A stretch of DNA of 64,000 nucleotides from an uncultured Myxococcales bacterium. Lineage in GTDB: Bacteria > Myxococcota > UBA4151. Where the stretch lies: contig CAXGWI010000001.1 in the NCBI GenBank assembly GCA_964013405.1, positions 56,230 through 120,229 of the forward strand, written 5' to 3'. This document shows positions 29,675 through 39,218 of this stretch, piece by piece (the stretch's first letter is position 1; the number at the start of each line of letters is the position of its first letter). The position numbers and the translations under genes were made by a program. Under the pieces are notes generated by a model. It saw nothing but the letters and a program-made list of their open reading frames with translations. It made no database searches and was not told where the DNA came from.

Positions 29675-32311
29675 CTATGCCGTCTCCGCTGGCTCACTGA
29701 TCGGCACGCGGATCCATCCCAAATAGACCATGGCCGGAATTACCAACATGTCAGCGACCACGGCCATGATCATGGTCATGGGCAGAATCAAACCCATGTA
29801 TTTAAAGGTCAGGTAGGGACTTGTTAGCCAAATCCCAAATCCACAGACGAGAATGATGCTCGTCCGAACGATCCCCAAACCCGTCTCGCACAGGCTCAAA
29901 CGCACCGCTTCGTCCAAGTCCTTTCCGGCCTGACGCTCGTGGCGGTAGCGCACGAGAAAATGGATGGTGTCGTCCACTGCGATCCCCAGGGCCACCGAGA
30001 CCAGAAAGAGGGCATCGATATCCACCATCAGCCCGAACAAGCCAACCACACCGATGCCTGAAATGACGGGCAGGATATTGGGCAACATCGAAGAAAGCCC
30101 AACGCGCACACTGCGAAACACAAAGGCCATGACGAGGGTGATGACCAAGGCAGCGAAGCCAAAGCCCTTCGCGAGTTGGGAAGACAGGGTTTCGATCAAA
30201 TGAGAGAAGAGGGACTCCATCCCCGTAACCCCGGTTCGAAGGCCCCCTTCGGGCCTAGGAAAGAGCTCTTGGGCCGCCGCCTCGACTTCATCGACGATCT
30301 TCACCAAATTCGCGCTGCCAACGCTGGGCAGACGCAACTGGACCCGCACGTAGCGTCTGGACTCGTCGACCAAAAGGTTGAGCCCTTCCCCGCCCTCGCC
30401 AGCAAACAAAGCCAACTGGGAAGCCAACTGGGCTCGATTGGGCAAGGTCCCCTCGCCCCCCATCGCCGAGTGCGTTCGCTCAGCGATATCCACCAGGGAG
30501 ATCACATCGAGAATGGGCTTCTTGCCCTCGTAGATATCGGGGCGCTGCAGGCCCCTTAGCTTGGATTCGAGGGCCTGAAGCCGAACAAGCACGGTGTTGG
30601 GTAGGGCCCCCGCAACGGGGTCGACAATCTCTGTGGATTCAGTGGCCCCATCGGCCGAACCAAAACCATCGTCGTCATCGAATCCGGCGATCTCCTCTTC
30701 CGTCGGCGTTTCCTGCTTCGTCGCTTCAGCGGGCCGTTGCTCGCGAATAAAGGCAGAGCGCTCCAACGCACCGCCCTCCTGCCCCGTATCGATGATGATT
30801 TCCGCAGACGCGCCCCCGGTCATCCGATCCCCGAACCACTTGGCAGCGACCTGAACAGGATGGCCATCATAGAACTTTGCATCGACGTTGGTATCGATCT
30901 TCAAGAGCATCAGGCCGATGATCGCGAGCACGGTAGACAGCCCACCCATCGCCACCACAAAGACCGGCCGCTCCTTGGCCACCAACCGGCACCGTTCCAA
31001 GGCTGCAGTCATCCACTTGCTCTCGCTCGGTGCGGCCCCTGGAACATTCAGGAGACTTAGGAGCGCAGGCCCCAACACAAAGGCGATCACAAAGGAGGCA
31101 GCCACCCCAATGCTCGCGATCACTGCCAGTTCTTTTGCGGTGCCCACCGGCAGAAAACGCAGGCTCGAAAAACCGATCAAAGTCGTCAGGGTCGTCAGAA
31201 AACAAGCCATCCCCACCTCGTGAAAGGTGCGAATAATCGCTTCTTCTTTGTCACAGCGAAGGCGTTCTATTCGATACTGACCGACCAGATGAACGATATT
31301 CGCCGTCGCAAGAACGAGAATGATCATCGGTGCCATGGACGCGACAATGGACAGACCACCGTTGATCGTGCCGCCAAATCCAGCGCCCCAAAGGCTCGCT
31401 GGAAGCGCGGTCAAGAAGACCATCAACGTCGCTCGCCACTCTTTGAGCATGAAGCTCACAAGAATAAGAATGATCACCAGGCTGGCAGCAAAATAAGGGC
31501 CCGCATGCCTTTCCGTCTCCAGCATCAGCGCCGTCAGGCTTGCGGGCATGCCTGTCTTGTAGAGACGCTCCACATCAAAGCCGTTCGCCGCCACCAGATC
31601 GTAGAGGTCGGGAACAGCGAACATTCGGGCCGTATCGACGAGACTCGCTCGACCTTCATCGGTGCGTAAAAGAAGACGTCCATTGGGGAGCCGCTCGGCC
31701 GTCGCCAACATGGCGCTCTTGACACCGGGTCTTTTCATATCGGCTTTGGTGTCACCCACGAGACGGACGATCACCGCGGTGCCCTTACCATCTTCCGTCA
31801 AGAGGCCGGGCACGTACATGCCATCAGCTCGGAGCGCTGCGACCGCCTCTACCCGCTCCGCATCGCTCTGCCCCTCGGGGAAATAAGGGCGAACCTCCAT
31901 GGCCCCCGCTTCGTTCGAGCCAACACGCTGCAAGCCACCGAGTGAGGTCACCTCCATCACCATCGGGTGGGCCTCAAGAGCCTTCTCGAGGCGACGCAGC
32001 TTTTCAAGGAAGGCAGCAGTGAGGACTTCATCGTCCTCAATGCCGAGCAGCATCACATTGTCGGAGCCGAAAATTTCCCGCGTATCGTAATAGTAATTCC
32101 CCCGCTCAGAGGACTCATCAATCATATAGCGGAGGGAGTTTCGGACCTCGACTTGCAGAAAGAGTGCGCCGGCGATGGCCGTCACGACCGCGATCAGAGC
32201 GATCGAAGACAAGCGAAAGCGAAGGACCAGTCGAACCCATGTATCCAGCCACTTAGCCAAAGCGACCTCCGAAGCGAGCGCCGTGTCTCTATCCAGTGGG
32301 GGCACTTCCAT
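29675..32311 (-). CDS. MMPL/RND family transporter
   Basis: Two TM clusters each preceded by a large extracytoplasmic loop; 'GIAVDDTIHF', 'LPNILP', 'ADMLVIPA'. Start set at ATG 32311 because a longer ORF would overlap the divergent gene. Confidence 0.85.
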   Translation of the reverse strand: MEVPPLDRDTALASEVALAKWLDTWVRLVLRFRLSSIALIAVVTAIAGALFLQVEVRNSLRYMIDESSERGNYYYDTREIFGSDNVMLLGIEDDEVLTAAFLEKLRRLEKALEAHPMVMEVTSLGGLQRVGSNEAGAMEVRPYFPEGQSDAERVEAVAALRADGMYVPGLLTEDGKGTAVIVRLVGDTKADMKRPGVKSAMLATAERLPNGRLLLRTDEGRASLVDTARMFAVPDLYDLVAANGFDVERLYKTGMPASLTALMLETERHAGPYFAASLVIILILVSFMLKEWRATLMVFLTALPASLWGAGFGGTINGGLSIVASMAPMIILVLATANIVHLVGQYRIERLRCDKEEAIIRTFHEVGMACFLTTLTTLIGFSSLRFLPVGTAKELAVIASIGVAASFVIAFVLGPALLSLLNVPGAAPSESKWMTAALERCRLVAKERPVFVVAMGGLSTVLAIIGLMLLKIDTNVDAKFYDGHPVQVAAKWFGDRMTGGASAEIIIDTGQEGGALERSAFIREQRPAEATKQETPTEEEIAGFDDDDGFGSADGATESTEIVDPVAGALPNTVLVRLQALESKLRGLQRPDIYEGKKPILDVISLVDIAERTHSAMGGEGTLPNRAQLASQLALFAGEGGEGLNLLVDESRRYVRVQLRLPSVGSANLVKIVDEVEAAAQELFPRPEGGLRTGVTGMESLFSHLIETLSSQLAKGFGFAALVITLVMAFVFRSVRVGLSSMLPNILPVISGIGVVGLFGLMVDIDALFLVSVALGIAVDDTIHFLVRYRHERQAGKDLDEAVRLSLCETGLGIVRTSIILVCGFGIWLTSPYLTFKYMGLILPMTMIMAVVADMLVIPAMVYLGWIRVPISEPAETA

Positions 32312-32393
32312 CAAGCCGGTGGCGCCCCTCGACCCCAATACAAGCCGAGTGCGGCCCCATGACCACCGCAACCAATTTAGGGTATGATGGGCC

Positions 32394-33917
32394 ATGCTCC
32401 GTCCACTTCTGCTCCTCCTGACGGCGATCGCCTGTTCTGCGCCCCAACCGACCGCACCACCGATTCTTTTGACGGAGGCGGGGCCCGTGCTGGCTACAGA
32501 TGGGGGGCCGGGCCCAATAGCCAAGCGGCCCGATGTCTATCGCCCGCTGGATATCGGTGCCTCCAGCCGGGCGGACACCCCCAACCTTCCCCGGGCTCAA
32601 CATGATGCGGGTTACCAACTCGTGGAACTGCCTGACCCCGCCTCTACCGACCCCTGTGGCCACGTTTGTCGTGGTCGTCCTTGTGCGCGGACCTGTCGAG
32701 AGAGCTGCCGCCTTGAGCTTCCCCGCGTCGTGGTGGCGCAACGAGAGCGTTTTATCGACTGTGTCGCCCAGAACAGTTGCTCCATCGATGACTGTGTCCC
32801 CGAAGCAGTCCCGGTCGATCCGGCCTGTGAGACCCTCTGCGCCAATCGACACCTCGAGGCCTGTGGGCTGCCAGAGTTGGCCGCAGCAGGGCACCGCTGC
32901 CCCCAGAACTGCACCAGCTACATGGCCTCGATGTACCCAGCAGCCCGTCAAGCCTTCCTTCAATGCGGTATCGAGCAGTGCGTCTCCAGCGAGGCGCCCT
33001 GCGCTGGGACTGGCTATTGCGAACGGGGAGAGCGCTGCGGTGAAGGACGATGTGTTCCCGAAAAGCAATGCCCGATCATCGACTTCGTGGGCCCAGAACC
33101 AAGCGCAGAATGTCTCGACGTGGCTCGGTACCGGCAACGCTGTCACGACCCGCGTACCGAATCTCTTTATCGAGATGCTTGGGACTGTGAATCCTGGCGA
33201 CCGAATCGGGACAATCTGGATTGGGCCGGGGGCAACCTCTATATCTCGTGCTTGGCCCAGACCGAGGCCTGTGATGGCTTTGGGCCCTACTGGCAATGCC
33301 TCGGCGAAGCCATGGTGGCCCAGGGGCGGCGGCGCCTGGTGGACGAGGTTTGCACCCACATTCAGGGTTGCGATTCGGGCAAGGGCTGGACCTGCAACTA
33401 TGTGATGGCCGGTGCCAGCCGTTGGGCGGGGGAGCGGGTCGTATGGAAGCTGGATCGCTGCAGCGCCGCGGCGGGTCGGGACTGCCAGGCCCTCGAGGCT
33501 TGCGTTGACGGTCTATGGGCTGTGGAAGGTCCCGGTGATGCCTGTGCAACTGGCTGCGGCCGCTGCGGTCAGGTCAATGACACCTGCATTAATCTTTGTC
33601 TCTACCATCGCAACTCGATGACGCGGCAGCAGGCCCGTCGTTATGAACACTGCCTCCGGGCCAGTCCCCGCTGTGAGCACAACGTGGCCGAGACCTGTAT
33701 CCGGGAAGTGCTGGGCGCCGAAATGGCGGTCTGTGACCAACTCATGGAAAGCATCGGCGAGTGCGCAGAATGGGAGACCTATACCCAGAACATCCCGTGG
33801 CCGGGTTGGTGCGCCATCGGCGGCGTCCGAACTGGCCTCCTTGATCGGGAGGGCCTTGAGGCCTGTGTCGACATGACCAATTGCCGCGTGAACCCCTGGC
33901 AAGCTTGTGCTCGTTGA
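32394..33917 (+). CDS. Cysteine-rich repeat lipoprotein, function unknown
   Basis: Lipobox 'LLLLLTAIAC'; 47 Cys by manual count in 507 aa, arranged in repeated units. Confidence 0.8.
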   Translation: MLRPLLLLLTAIACSAPQPTAPPILLTEAGPVLATDGGPGPIAKRPDVYRPLDIGASSRADTPNLPRAQHDAGYQLVELPDPASTDPCGHVCRGRPCARTCRESCRLELPRVVVAQRERFIDCVAQNSCSIDDCVPEAVPVDPACETLCANRHLEACGLPELAAAGHRCPQNCTSYMASMYPAARQAFLQCGIEQCVSSEAPCAGTGYCERGERCGEGRCVPEKQCPIIDFVGPEPSAECLDVARYRQRCHDPRTESLYRDAWDCESWRPNRDNLDWAGGNLYISCLAQTEACDGFGPYWQCLGEAMVAQGRRRLVDEVCTHIQGCDSGKGWTCNYVMAGASRWAGERVVWKLDRCSAAAGRDCQALEACVDGLWAVEGPGDACATGCGRCGQVNDTCINLCLYHRNSMTRQQARRYEHCLRASPRCEHNVAETCIREVLGAEMAVCDQLMESIGECAEWETYTQNIPWPGWCAIGGVRTGLLDREGLEACVDMTNCRVNPWQACAR

Positions 33918-33923
33918 GCAGCC

Positions 33924-34547
33924 TTACTCAAGGTAACGGGCCACTCGCCTCAACATGAACTGGCGATCGAAGAGATCATCGAGATAGTGGAGTTTTGTGG
34001 TGTCGATGCGATGGACTGGGCACAGGTCCCAGGCCCCCACCCAAGCCTCGTAACGTTCGTTGAGACGCCGTAGGTAATGATAAGAGATGCTCTGTTCTTC
34101 GGGGCGTCCCCGCTGCCGAATTCGACGCCGGATCTCTTTAACCGGCGTGTGAAGGTAGAACAGCACATCGGGGGGGCGAATGGCTTCGGTCACGCCCCGG
34201 TAGAAGGCGGTGTAGAGCTCCCATTCTCGGGCTGTCATCTTCCGCCCGCGAAACAACCCGTAGGCGAAGATCTCTGCATCCTCCCAAACGCTGCGATCCT
34301 GAATACATGCTTTTGCTTTACGATCGAGGGCGAGGTGCATGCGAAACTTTTGCGCCAGGAACCACATCTGACTGGGAAAGGCATAGCGTTTCATATCGCC
34401 ATAAAAGTCGGCGAGGAACGGGTTCGATTCGTTCGGTTCGTAGACGGGCTCCACCCCGTAATGCTCACAAAGAACCTGAACCAACGTCGACTTGCCGCAG
34501 CCGATGTTGCCCGCCACCACGATGTAGGGTGCCTTTTTCCGCGCCAT
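33924..34547 (-). CDS. Deoxynucleoside kinase
   Basis: P-loop GNIGCGKST, NPFLADFY, QDRSVWED and RIRQRGR. Confidence 0.92.
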   Translation of the reverse strand: MARKKAPYIVVAGNIGCGKSTLVQVLCEHYGVEPVYEPNESNPFLADFYGDMKRYAFPSQMWFLAQKFRMHLALDRKAKACIQDRSVWEDAEIFAYGLFRGRKMTAREWELYTAFYRGVTEAIRPPDVLFYLHTPVKEIRRRIRQRGRPEEQSISYHYLRRLNERYEAWVGAWDLCPVHRIDTTKLHYLDDLFDRQFMLRRVARYLE

Positions 34548-34557
34548 ATTTGTGGGG

Positions 34558-35508
34558 CTATACGGTCCGAGACAGAGCCACAAGACAGGCCCCGGCGACG
34601 ACCAGAAGAATCCAGGGCATACGCCGGAATGCCTGGGGTTCGTGAAAGATAATGGCCCCGGCGAGGACGGTCACTACAACACCGGCTCTCTTCAATGCTT
34701 CTGCAACACCCACGTCCAGGTGAACCAGCGACTCCATCTGGGTGCCCAACGCGGCAGCCGCGGCCGGGGCCAGGCTGGCCAATAACCAGGGGCTCCGGCG
34801 GAGGATGCCCCCGAGGGCCTGAGGCTTGCGAATTAGGCGCTCCACGAGGAGCGGGAGGCCGATCAGCGCCGTCGACCAGATCAGGTAGGCTTCGAGCCCA
34901 TATTCACCACCGGTGATGACTTGCTTATCGATCGCCGGAATCCAGCCCCAGAGGAGCACCACCCCGAACATGCTCGGCACCCCGCGCTGCAAGACGAGGG
35001 CACGAACTGTGAACAGGGCCATCCCCACCCACCGGAAACCGGGCACTGTCGACGGACGCCGCAGCCCCCCGTGGCCAGCGCTCCCTTTGCGAAACAGTAG
35101 CAGAAAGGTACCCACTGCAATCAAGGTCGCCCCGACCCAAAAACCCAGACTCAGTTCTTCGCCAAAAAGGAAGAAGCCCCCCACAGCCCCGACCACTGGG
35201 GTCAGGGAGAGTAAAGGGATCACCTTCGACAACTCCCCCACCGTGAGGCTGTGCAGAAAAAGAAAGTTGGCAACGATGTTGAGGACTACGATCCAGAACA
35301 TTAAACTGTAGAGCGAAGGTGGCGGCGGACCGATCGGCGCACCACGGAGCAGCGCGTACATAAGGGCCCCAGCGCTGGCGAGAAGCGGGACGACCGCAGC
35401 CAACGTCAGCGGGTCTGGGTGGCGAGCTGTGAGGGCTTTCCTCTGCAGATCCAACAGGGCCCAGGACAGGGCACAGAGGATCCCGACGGTTAATCCCCAG
35501 TCCATCAC
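34558..35508 (-). CDS. EamA/DMT family transporter
   Basis: About 10 TMs; 'ELSKVIPLLSLTP', 'FGEEL', 'ALKRAG...IFHE'. Confidence 0.8.
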   Translation of the reverse strand: MMDWGLTVGILCALSWALLDLQRKALTARHPDPLTLAAVVPLLASAGALMYALLRGAPIGPPPPSLYSLMFWIVVLNIVANFLFLHSLTVGELSKVIPLLSLTPVVGAVGGFFLFGEELSLGFWVGATLIAVGTFLLLFRKGSAGHGGLRRPSTVPGFRWVGMALFTVRALVLQRGVPSMFGVVLLWGWIPAIDKQVITGGEYGLEAYLIWSTALIGLPLLVERLIRKPQALGGILRRSPWLLASLAPAAAAALGTQMESLVHLDVGVAEALKRAGVVVTVLAGAIIFHEPQAFRRMPWILLVVAGACLVALSRTV

Positions 35509-36038
35509 AATCTCAAATGCCAGATCCCCACATCCCGTGGGTGCTCATGCTCACCAGGAAACAAAACGGCTTCGGGGAAGTGTCCGGAAAGACTAAATCC
35601 AAGGCGAGAGAAAAGCCCGTTACTTCCCGAGTTGTCTGCGAAGACAAGGGCCAGGATGACCCGATTCCCTAGGCCTCGCCCTAACTCGACCATCGCCTCC
35701 CCAATGGCCCGACCAATGCCCCGCCCTCGCTGACACTGGCGCACATACAGGGTCATTTCGACGCAGCCATCGTAGCCCGCTTTCGAACGAAAACTGGATA
35801 AACCACAGTAGGCCTGAACCTGGCCCGCCTCCTCCCAGACGATCAAGGGGTGGCCCGCCTCCCACTGATAGCGATCAAACCAAGAGCGCCGGTCATCGAC
35901 ATCTCGAGGATAGGGATCTGCGGTCGCCGATCGTTCATGGACCGCCTGATTGTAGATCTCCGTCATCGCAGGCAAGTCCGCGAGCTTCGCCGGCCGCAGC
36001 ACGCGCCCGGCCTCCTCGACTCGATAAGAACCCATCAA
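35505..36038 (-). CDS. GNAT N-acetyltransferase (YncA/phosphinothricin-acetyltransferase-like)
   Basis: 'EIYNQAV', 'EMTLYV..QRGRGIG', 'NSGSNGLFSRLGF'. Confidence 0.85.
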   Translation of the reverse strand: MMGSYRVEEAGRVLRPAKLADLPAMTEIYNQAVHERSATADPYPRDVDDRRSWFDRYQWEAGHPLIVWEEAGQVQAYCGLSSFRSKAGYDGCVEMTLYVRQCQRGRGIGRAIGEAMVELGRGLGNRVILALVFADNSGSNGLFSRLGFSLSGHFPEAVLFPGEHEHPRDVGIWHLRL

Positions 36039-37093
36039 CCCAGACGGGCCAGAATCTGGTCGCCCACTTGGACACAGTTGAGATTGCCCCCCAAATCAGG
36101 GGTTACCTCACCGCTGGCCAGTTGATCGATGACGGCCTGCTCCACAGTTCGAGCGGCACCACTCATGCCCAAATGGTCGAGGAGGATCGCTCCGCTCATG
36201 ATCGCCGCCATCGGATTCGCTCGGCCCGTGCCCACGAGATCGGGGGCCGAGCCATGCACGGGCTCAAACAATGAGCAGCGACCAGGATGGATATTGCCAC
36301 TGGCAGCCGTTCCCAAGCCCCCCTGGAGACTCGCACCCAGGTCACTGAGAATGTCGCCAAACAGGTTTTCGGTCACGATGACGTCGAATCGCTCCGGACA
36401 GCGCACCAACTCCATCGCCGCCACATCCACGTAGAGATGAAAGCTTTCGATCTTGGGATACTCACTTGCCACCTCCCGAAAGGTCCGTTGCCACAGTTCA
36501 TGACCTTGCCGCATCGCATTGGCCTTATCGGTCATACAGACGCTCTTGCGACCATCCCGCTGGGCGAACTCGAATGCGGAACGGATAATCCGCTCCACAC
36601 CGCGACGGGTATAGACAAAGGTCTGTTGGGCCACCTCGTGGATGGTCCCAGGCCGCACAGCCCCACCAACGCCAACATAACCCCCCTCGGTATTCTCTCG
36701 AAAGATCACGAAGTCGACATCATCGACACCCTTGTCTTTCAAGGGACAAAGGCGAGGGTCGAGAAGCTTGATGGGGCGAAGGTTGATGTAGAGGTCCAGT
36801 TGGAAGCGGGCCCCCAGCAAAAGCTCACGCCCGTGGGCCATGTCAGGGACACGGGGGTCACCGACCGCACCAAAGAGAATCGCCGCGTAGTGCTCCCGGA
36901 AGTCATCAAAGCGACCCGGTTCAATCCCAACACCATGCTCTAGATAATAGTCAGCGCCGTAAGGGCACTCCTCCCACTCCAAGCTACGTTGGGCGATTTG
37001 GGCGGCCCGGTCGACGATGCGGCGAGCCTGTTCGGTCACCTCTGGGCCGATCCCGTCTCCACCAATCACAGCGATGCGTTCGGCCACATCCAC
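36035..37093 (-). CDS. leuB: Isocitrate/isopropylmalate/tartrate dehydrogenase family, probably 3-isopropylmalate dehydrogenase
   Basis: GDGIGPEV, NLRP, RENTEG, DKANA, NLFGDILSD and FEPVHGSAPD. No other leu genes are adjacent, so substrate is uncertain. Confidence 0.7.
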   Translation of the reverse strand: MDVAERIAVIGGDGIGPEVTEQARRIVDRAAQIAQRSLEWEECPYGADYYLEHGVGIEPGRFDDFREHYAAILFGAVGDPRVPDMAHGRELLLGARFQLDLYINLRPIKLLDPRLCPLKDKGVDDVDFVIFRENTEGGYVGVGGAVRPGTIHEVAQQTFVYTRRGVERIIRSAFEFAQRDGRKSVCMTDKANAMRQGHELWQRTFREVASEYPKIESFHLYVDVAAMELVRCPERFDVIVTENLFGDILSDLGASLQGGLGTAASGNIHPGRCSLFEPVHGSAPDLVGTGRANPMAAIMSGAILLDHLGMSGAARTVEQAVIDQLASGEVTPDLGGNLNCVQVGDQILARLG

Positions 37094-37177
37094 CTCCTCA
37101 AGGGCTGCACCTTGTGCTCTCCACTCGGCCGGGTCAAGCGCCTCAAACGGGTCTTCGCCTGCAAATATCGCAGTGAC

Positions 37178-37363
37178 TCAGTAATGGGGCGGCTTCTCGT
37201 CGGCCGGGCCCGCGTCAACGGTGTTGTCGCCTAAAGCCTCCAAGCGCCGAAAGACCTCATCGATTCGATGGACTTGGCCATTCAACTCCCCCGAGAGTTC
37301 GTCCAGAAAACGCTCGATGTATGCCAAACGCTCTTCCAACTGTGTGATCCGTTCCTCACTCAT
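37178..37363 (-). CDS. slyX: SlyX family protein
   Basis: 'ERITQLEERLAY' coiled coil and C-terminal 'EKPPHY'. Confidence 0.85.
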   Translation of the reverse strand: MSEERITQLEERLAYIERFLDELSGELNGQVHRIDEVFRRLEALGDNTVDAGPADEKPPHY

Positions 37364-39144
37364 GGCTTCACCTTCGCAATCTCCAGGCTGTCATCAATTC
37401 CTTTCACCTTCACCTGCGCCAAGCGCACTTCCAGCCCAAGTTCATCGATCAGCGCGAGCACATCGGGGTCTCGGTAGGTTTGGTCGCTCAGGACGATCTC
37501 CCCTGGCTCGGCCTGCCCCTCCATACGAGCGGCCCGATTCACCGTCCGTCCGAAGTAGTCCAGGTTCTCGTTAAATGTCACCGCAAGGCAAGGCCCTTGG
37601 TGGATGCCAAGCCGTAGTCCAAGTGAACTCCTCTCGGTCATCAATTCTTGCATCCGAAGGGCCGAACGCAAGGCCTGATCCGGCGTTTCAAAGACCGCCA
37701 TGATGGCATCGCCAATCGTCTTCACAAGGGTCCCGTCGAACTCATTAAGCCCCTGTTTCAGAAGGGAAAAGTGCTCTCGAACCACAGTAAATGCCCCTGC
37801 ATCCCCCTCCTCCTGATACAATCGAGTGCTGCCCACCAGGTCACTAAAGAGCAGGGTCACGCTGCCCACATCCACCTGGGTGCCCGAAGCCAAGAGTTGA
37901 CCGGAGATCAAATCCCGAAAGGACTGGCGCCGAATGAGCGCGGCCGCCGTGAGAATGTCATCGCCGACCTCCTCCCGTTGCAGAAGAATTCGAACGGCCC
38001 GATCCCTGTGGTTGGTAACAGCCAGGCTCCCGTCACCGGCTGACGAGAATCCGGTCTCGCTCAGATCAAAGCGCTCATCGCCGTGAAGTTCTACCGCGTG
38101 ATTACCGTCCATGCAGCGAAGCAAGACCCGCCCCTCAAGCGCGAAGGAATCGACCGGTGGCAGCTCGAAGCACTCCCCGGGACCGACCTGTTCGGCGAGG
38201 ATCTGATGGGGTGTTCGCCCTGGCCCCCCCATGCATGCCATTCCAGTAACGATAGGCCGAAGGGACCGGGCCGGTCGAAAGGTGACCTGAACGCTTTCGG
38301 CAAACCGGGCACCAAAGCGAATATTGCAGCTGGGACAATGACTCTCCATGCGCAGGCGGTGAAGTTGTTCCTCTTCAGCCTTTGGCCCCCGACAACTCGG
38401 ACAGATCAGACTCCAACGGAGTTCGAGGCTTCCCCCTTGCGTTGCCCGCAAGAAAACCCGCAGCAGGTCCTCCTGGTCCACAGCCCAGCGCCGGGCAAGA
38501 AAGAACGGCTCCAAATGGGCTAACTCGCCGTCGACGGCTCGGCGCAGGTGATCGATGAATGGCTGCACGACGGGCTCGGGCTCGCCGGCTTGGAGTAGTT
38601 CTGCCCTCAATTTGTCGAGACGGGCTTCATGAACCCCAGACTCCGGGGGATGGTCCACCTGCCCATGGGCATCGAGCAATTGCTCTAAATCCTCATAGAA
38701 TCGTTGCAAGCGCTTGAAGATGGTCCATCGAAACAGGAGTGGCGCGATGAGGCGAAACAAAAAGTTGTTCGCTGCAAGCCCCATTTGAAACCGCAGTCGC
38801 ACCCCGTTCTCTGTGGGTTCCAGTTCGGTGAGTTGGGCTTGCTGCTTCAAGGGCCCTCTCCCCTCTAAGCGAACGTTGCCAAACCACTGATGGAGGGCCC
38901 AAGCATAGGGTTCATCCAGAAAGCGCTGCCGACCACCAAAGAGGGAAATGTGCCGAACACTTACCCCCTCGGTGAGGCTCTGTTCTTCGAAGTGAGAGCC
39001 GCCAGCGCCGAGGGCTCGCCCCACTTTGTCGGTCTCCGTGACGGCCGCCCAGACCTGTTGGGCTGATAGAGAGTAGGACTGGGTGATCTCGAAACGAATC
39101 GGCGAAGCATCGATCAGTGCTTGAATCCGCGCTTTCGATGCCAT
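37360..39144 (-). CDS. Class III adenylate cyclase with N-terminal SRPBCC-like and Zn-ribbon (DUF5939-like) domains
   Basis: LFSDLVGST, VKTIGDAIMA, DYFGRTVNRAAR; two CPSC motifs; ATG 39144 with GAGGAG upstream. Confidence 0.88.
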   Translation of the reverse strand: MASKARIQALIDASPIRFEITQSYSLSAQQVWAAVTETDKVGRALGAGGSHFEEQSLTEGVSVRHISLFGGRQRFLDEPYAWALHQWFGNVRLEGRGPLKQQAQLTELEPTENGVRLRFQMGLAANNFLFRLIAPLLFRWTIFKRLQRFYEDLEQLLDAHGQVDHPPESGVHEARLDKLRAELLQAGEPEPVVQPFIDHLRRAVDGELAHLEPFFLARRWAVDQEDLLRVFLRATQGGSLELRWSLICPSCRGPKAEEEQLHRLRMESHCPSCNIRFGARFAESVQVTFRPARSLRPIVTGMACMGGPGRTPHQILAEQVGPGECFELPPVDSFALEGRVLLRCMDGNHAVELHGDERFDLSETGFSSAGDGSLAVTNHRDRAVRILLQREEVGDDILTAAALIRRQSFRDLISGQLLASGTQVDVGSVTLLFSDLVGSTRLYQEEGDAGAFTVVREHFSLLKQGLNEFDGTLVKTIGDAIMAVFETPDQALRSALRMQELMTERSSLGLRLGIHQGPCLAVTFNENLDYFGRTVNRAARMEGQAEPGEIVLSDQTYRDPDVLALIDELGLEVRLAQVKVKGIDDSLEIAKVKP

Positions 39145-39218
39145 CTTGCGCTCCTCTCCCGCGTGCCCGCGAGGTATTTTGCGCCGGTCACGCCACCGTG
39201 AGAAGACTCCTAGCACGG

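Noticed and set aside
32289..33405. 356-aa (minus) and 290-aa (plus, alternate frame) ORFs over the Cys-rich lipoprotein
   Set aside because: No recognisable motifs. The lipoprotein frame has a lipobox and an ordered Cys pattern.
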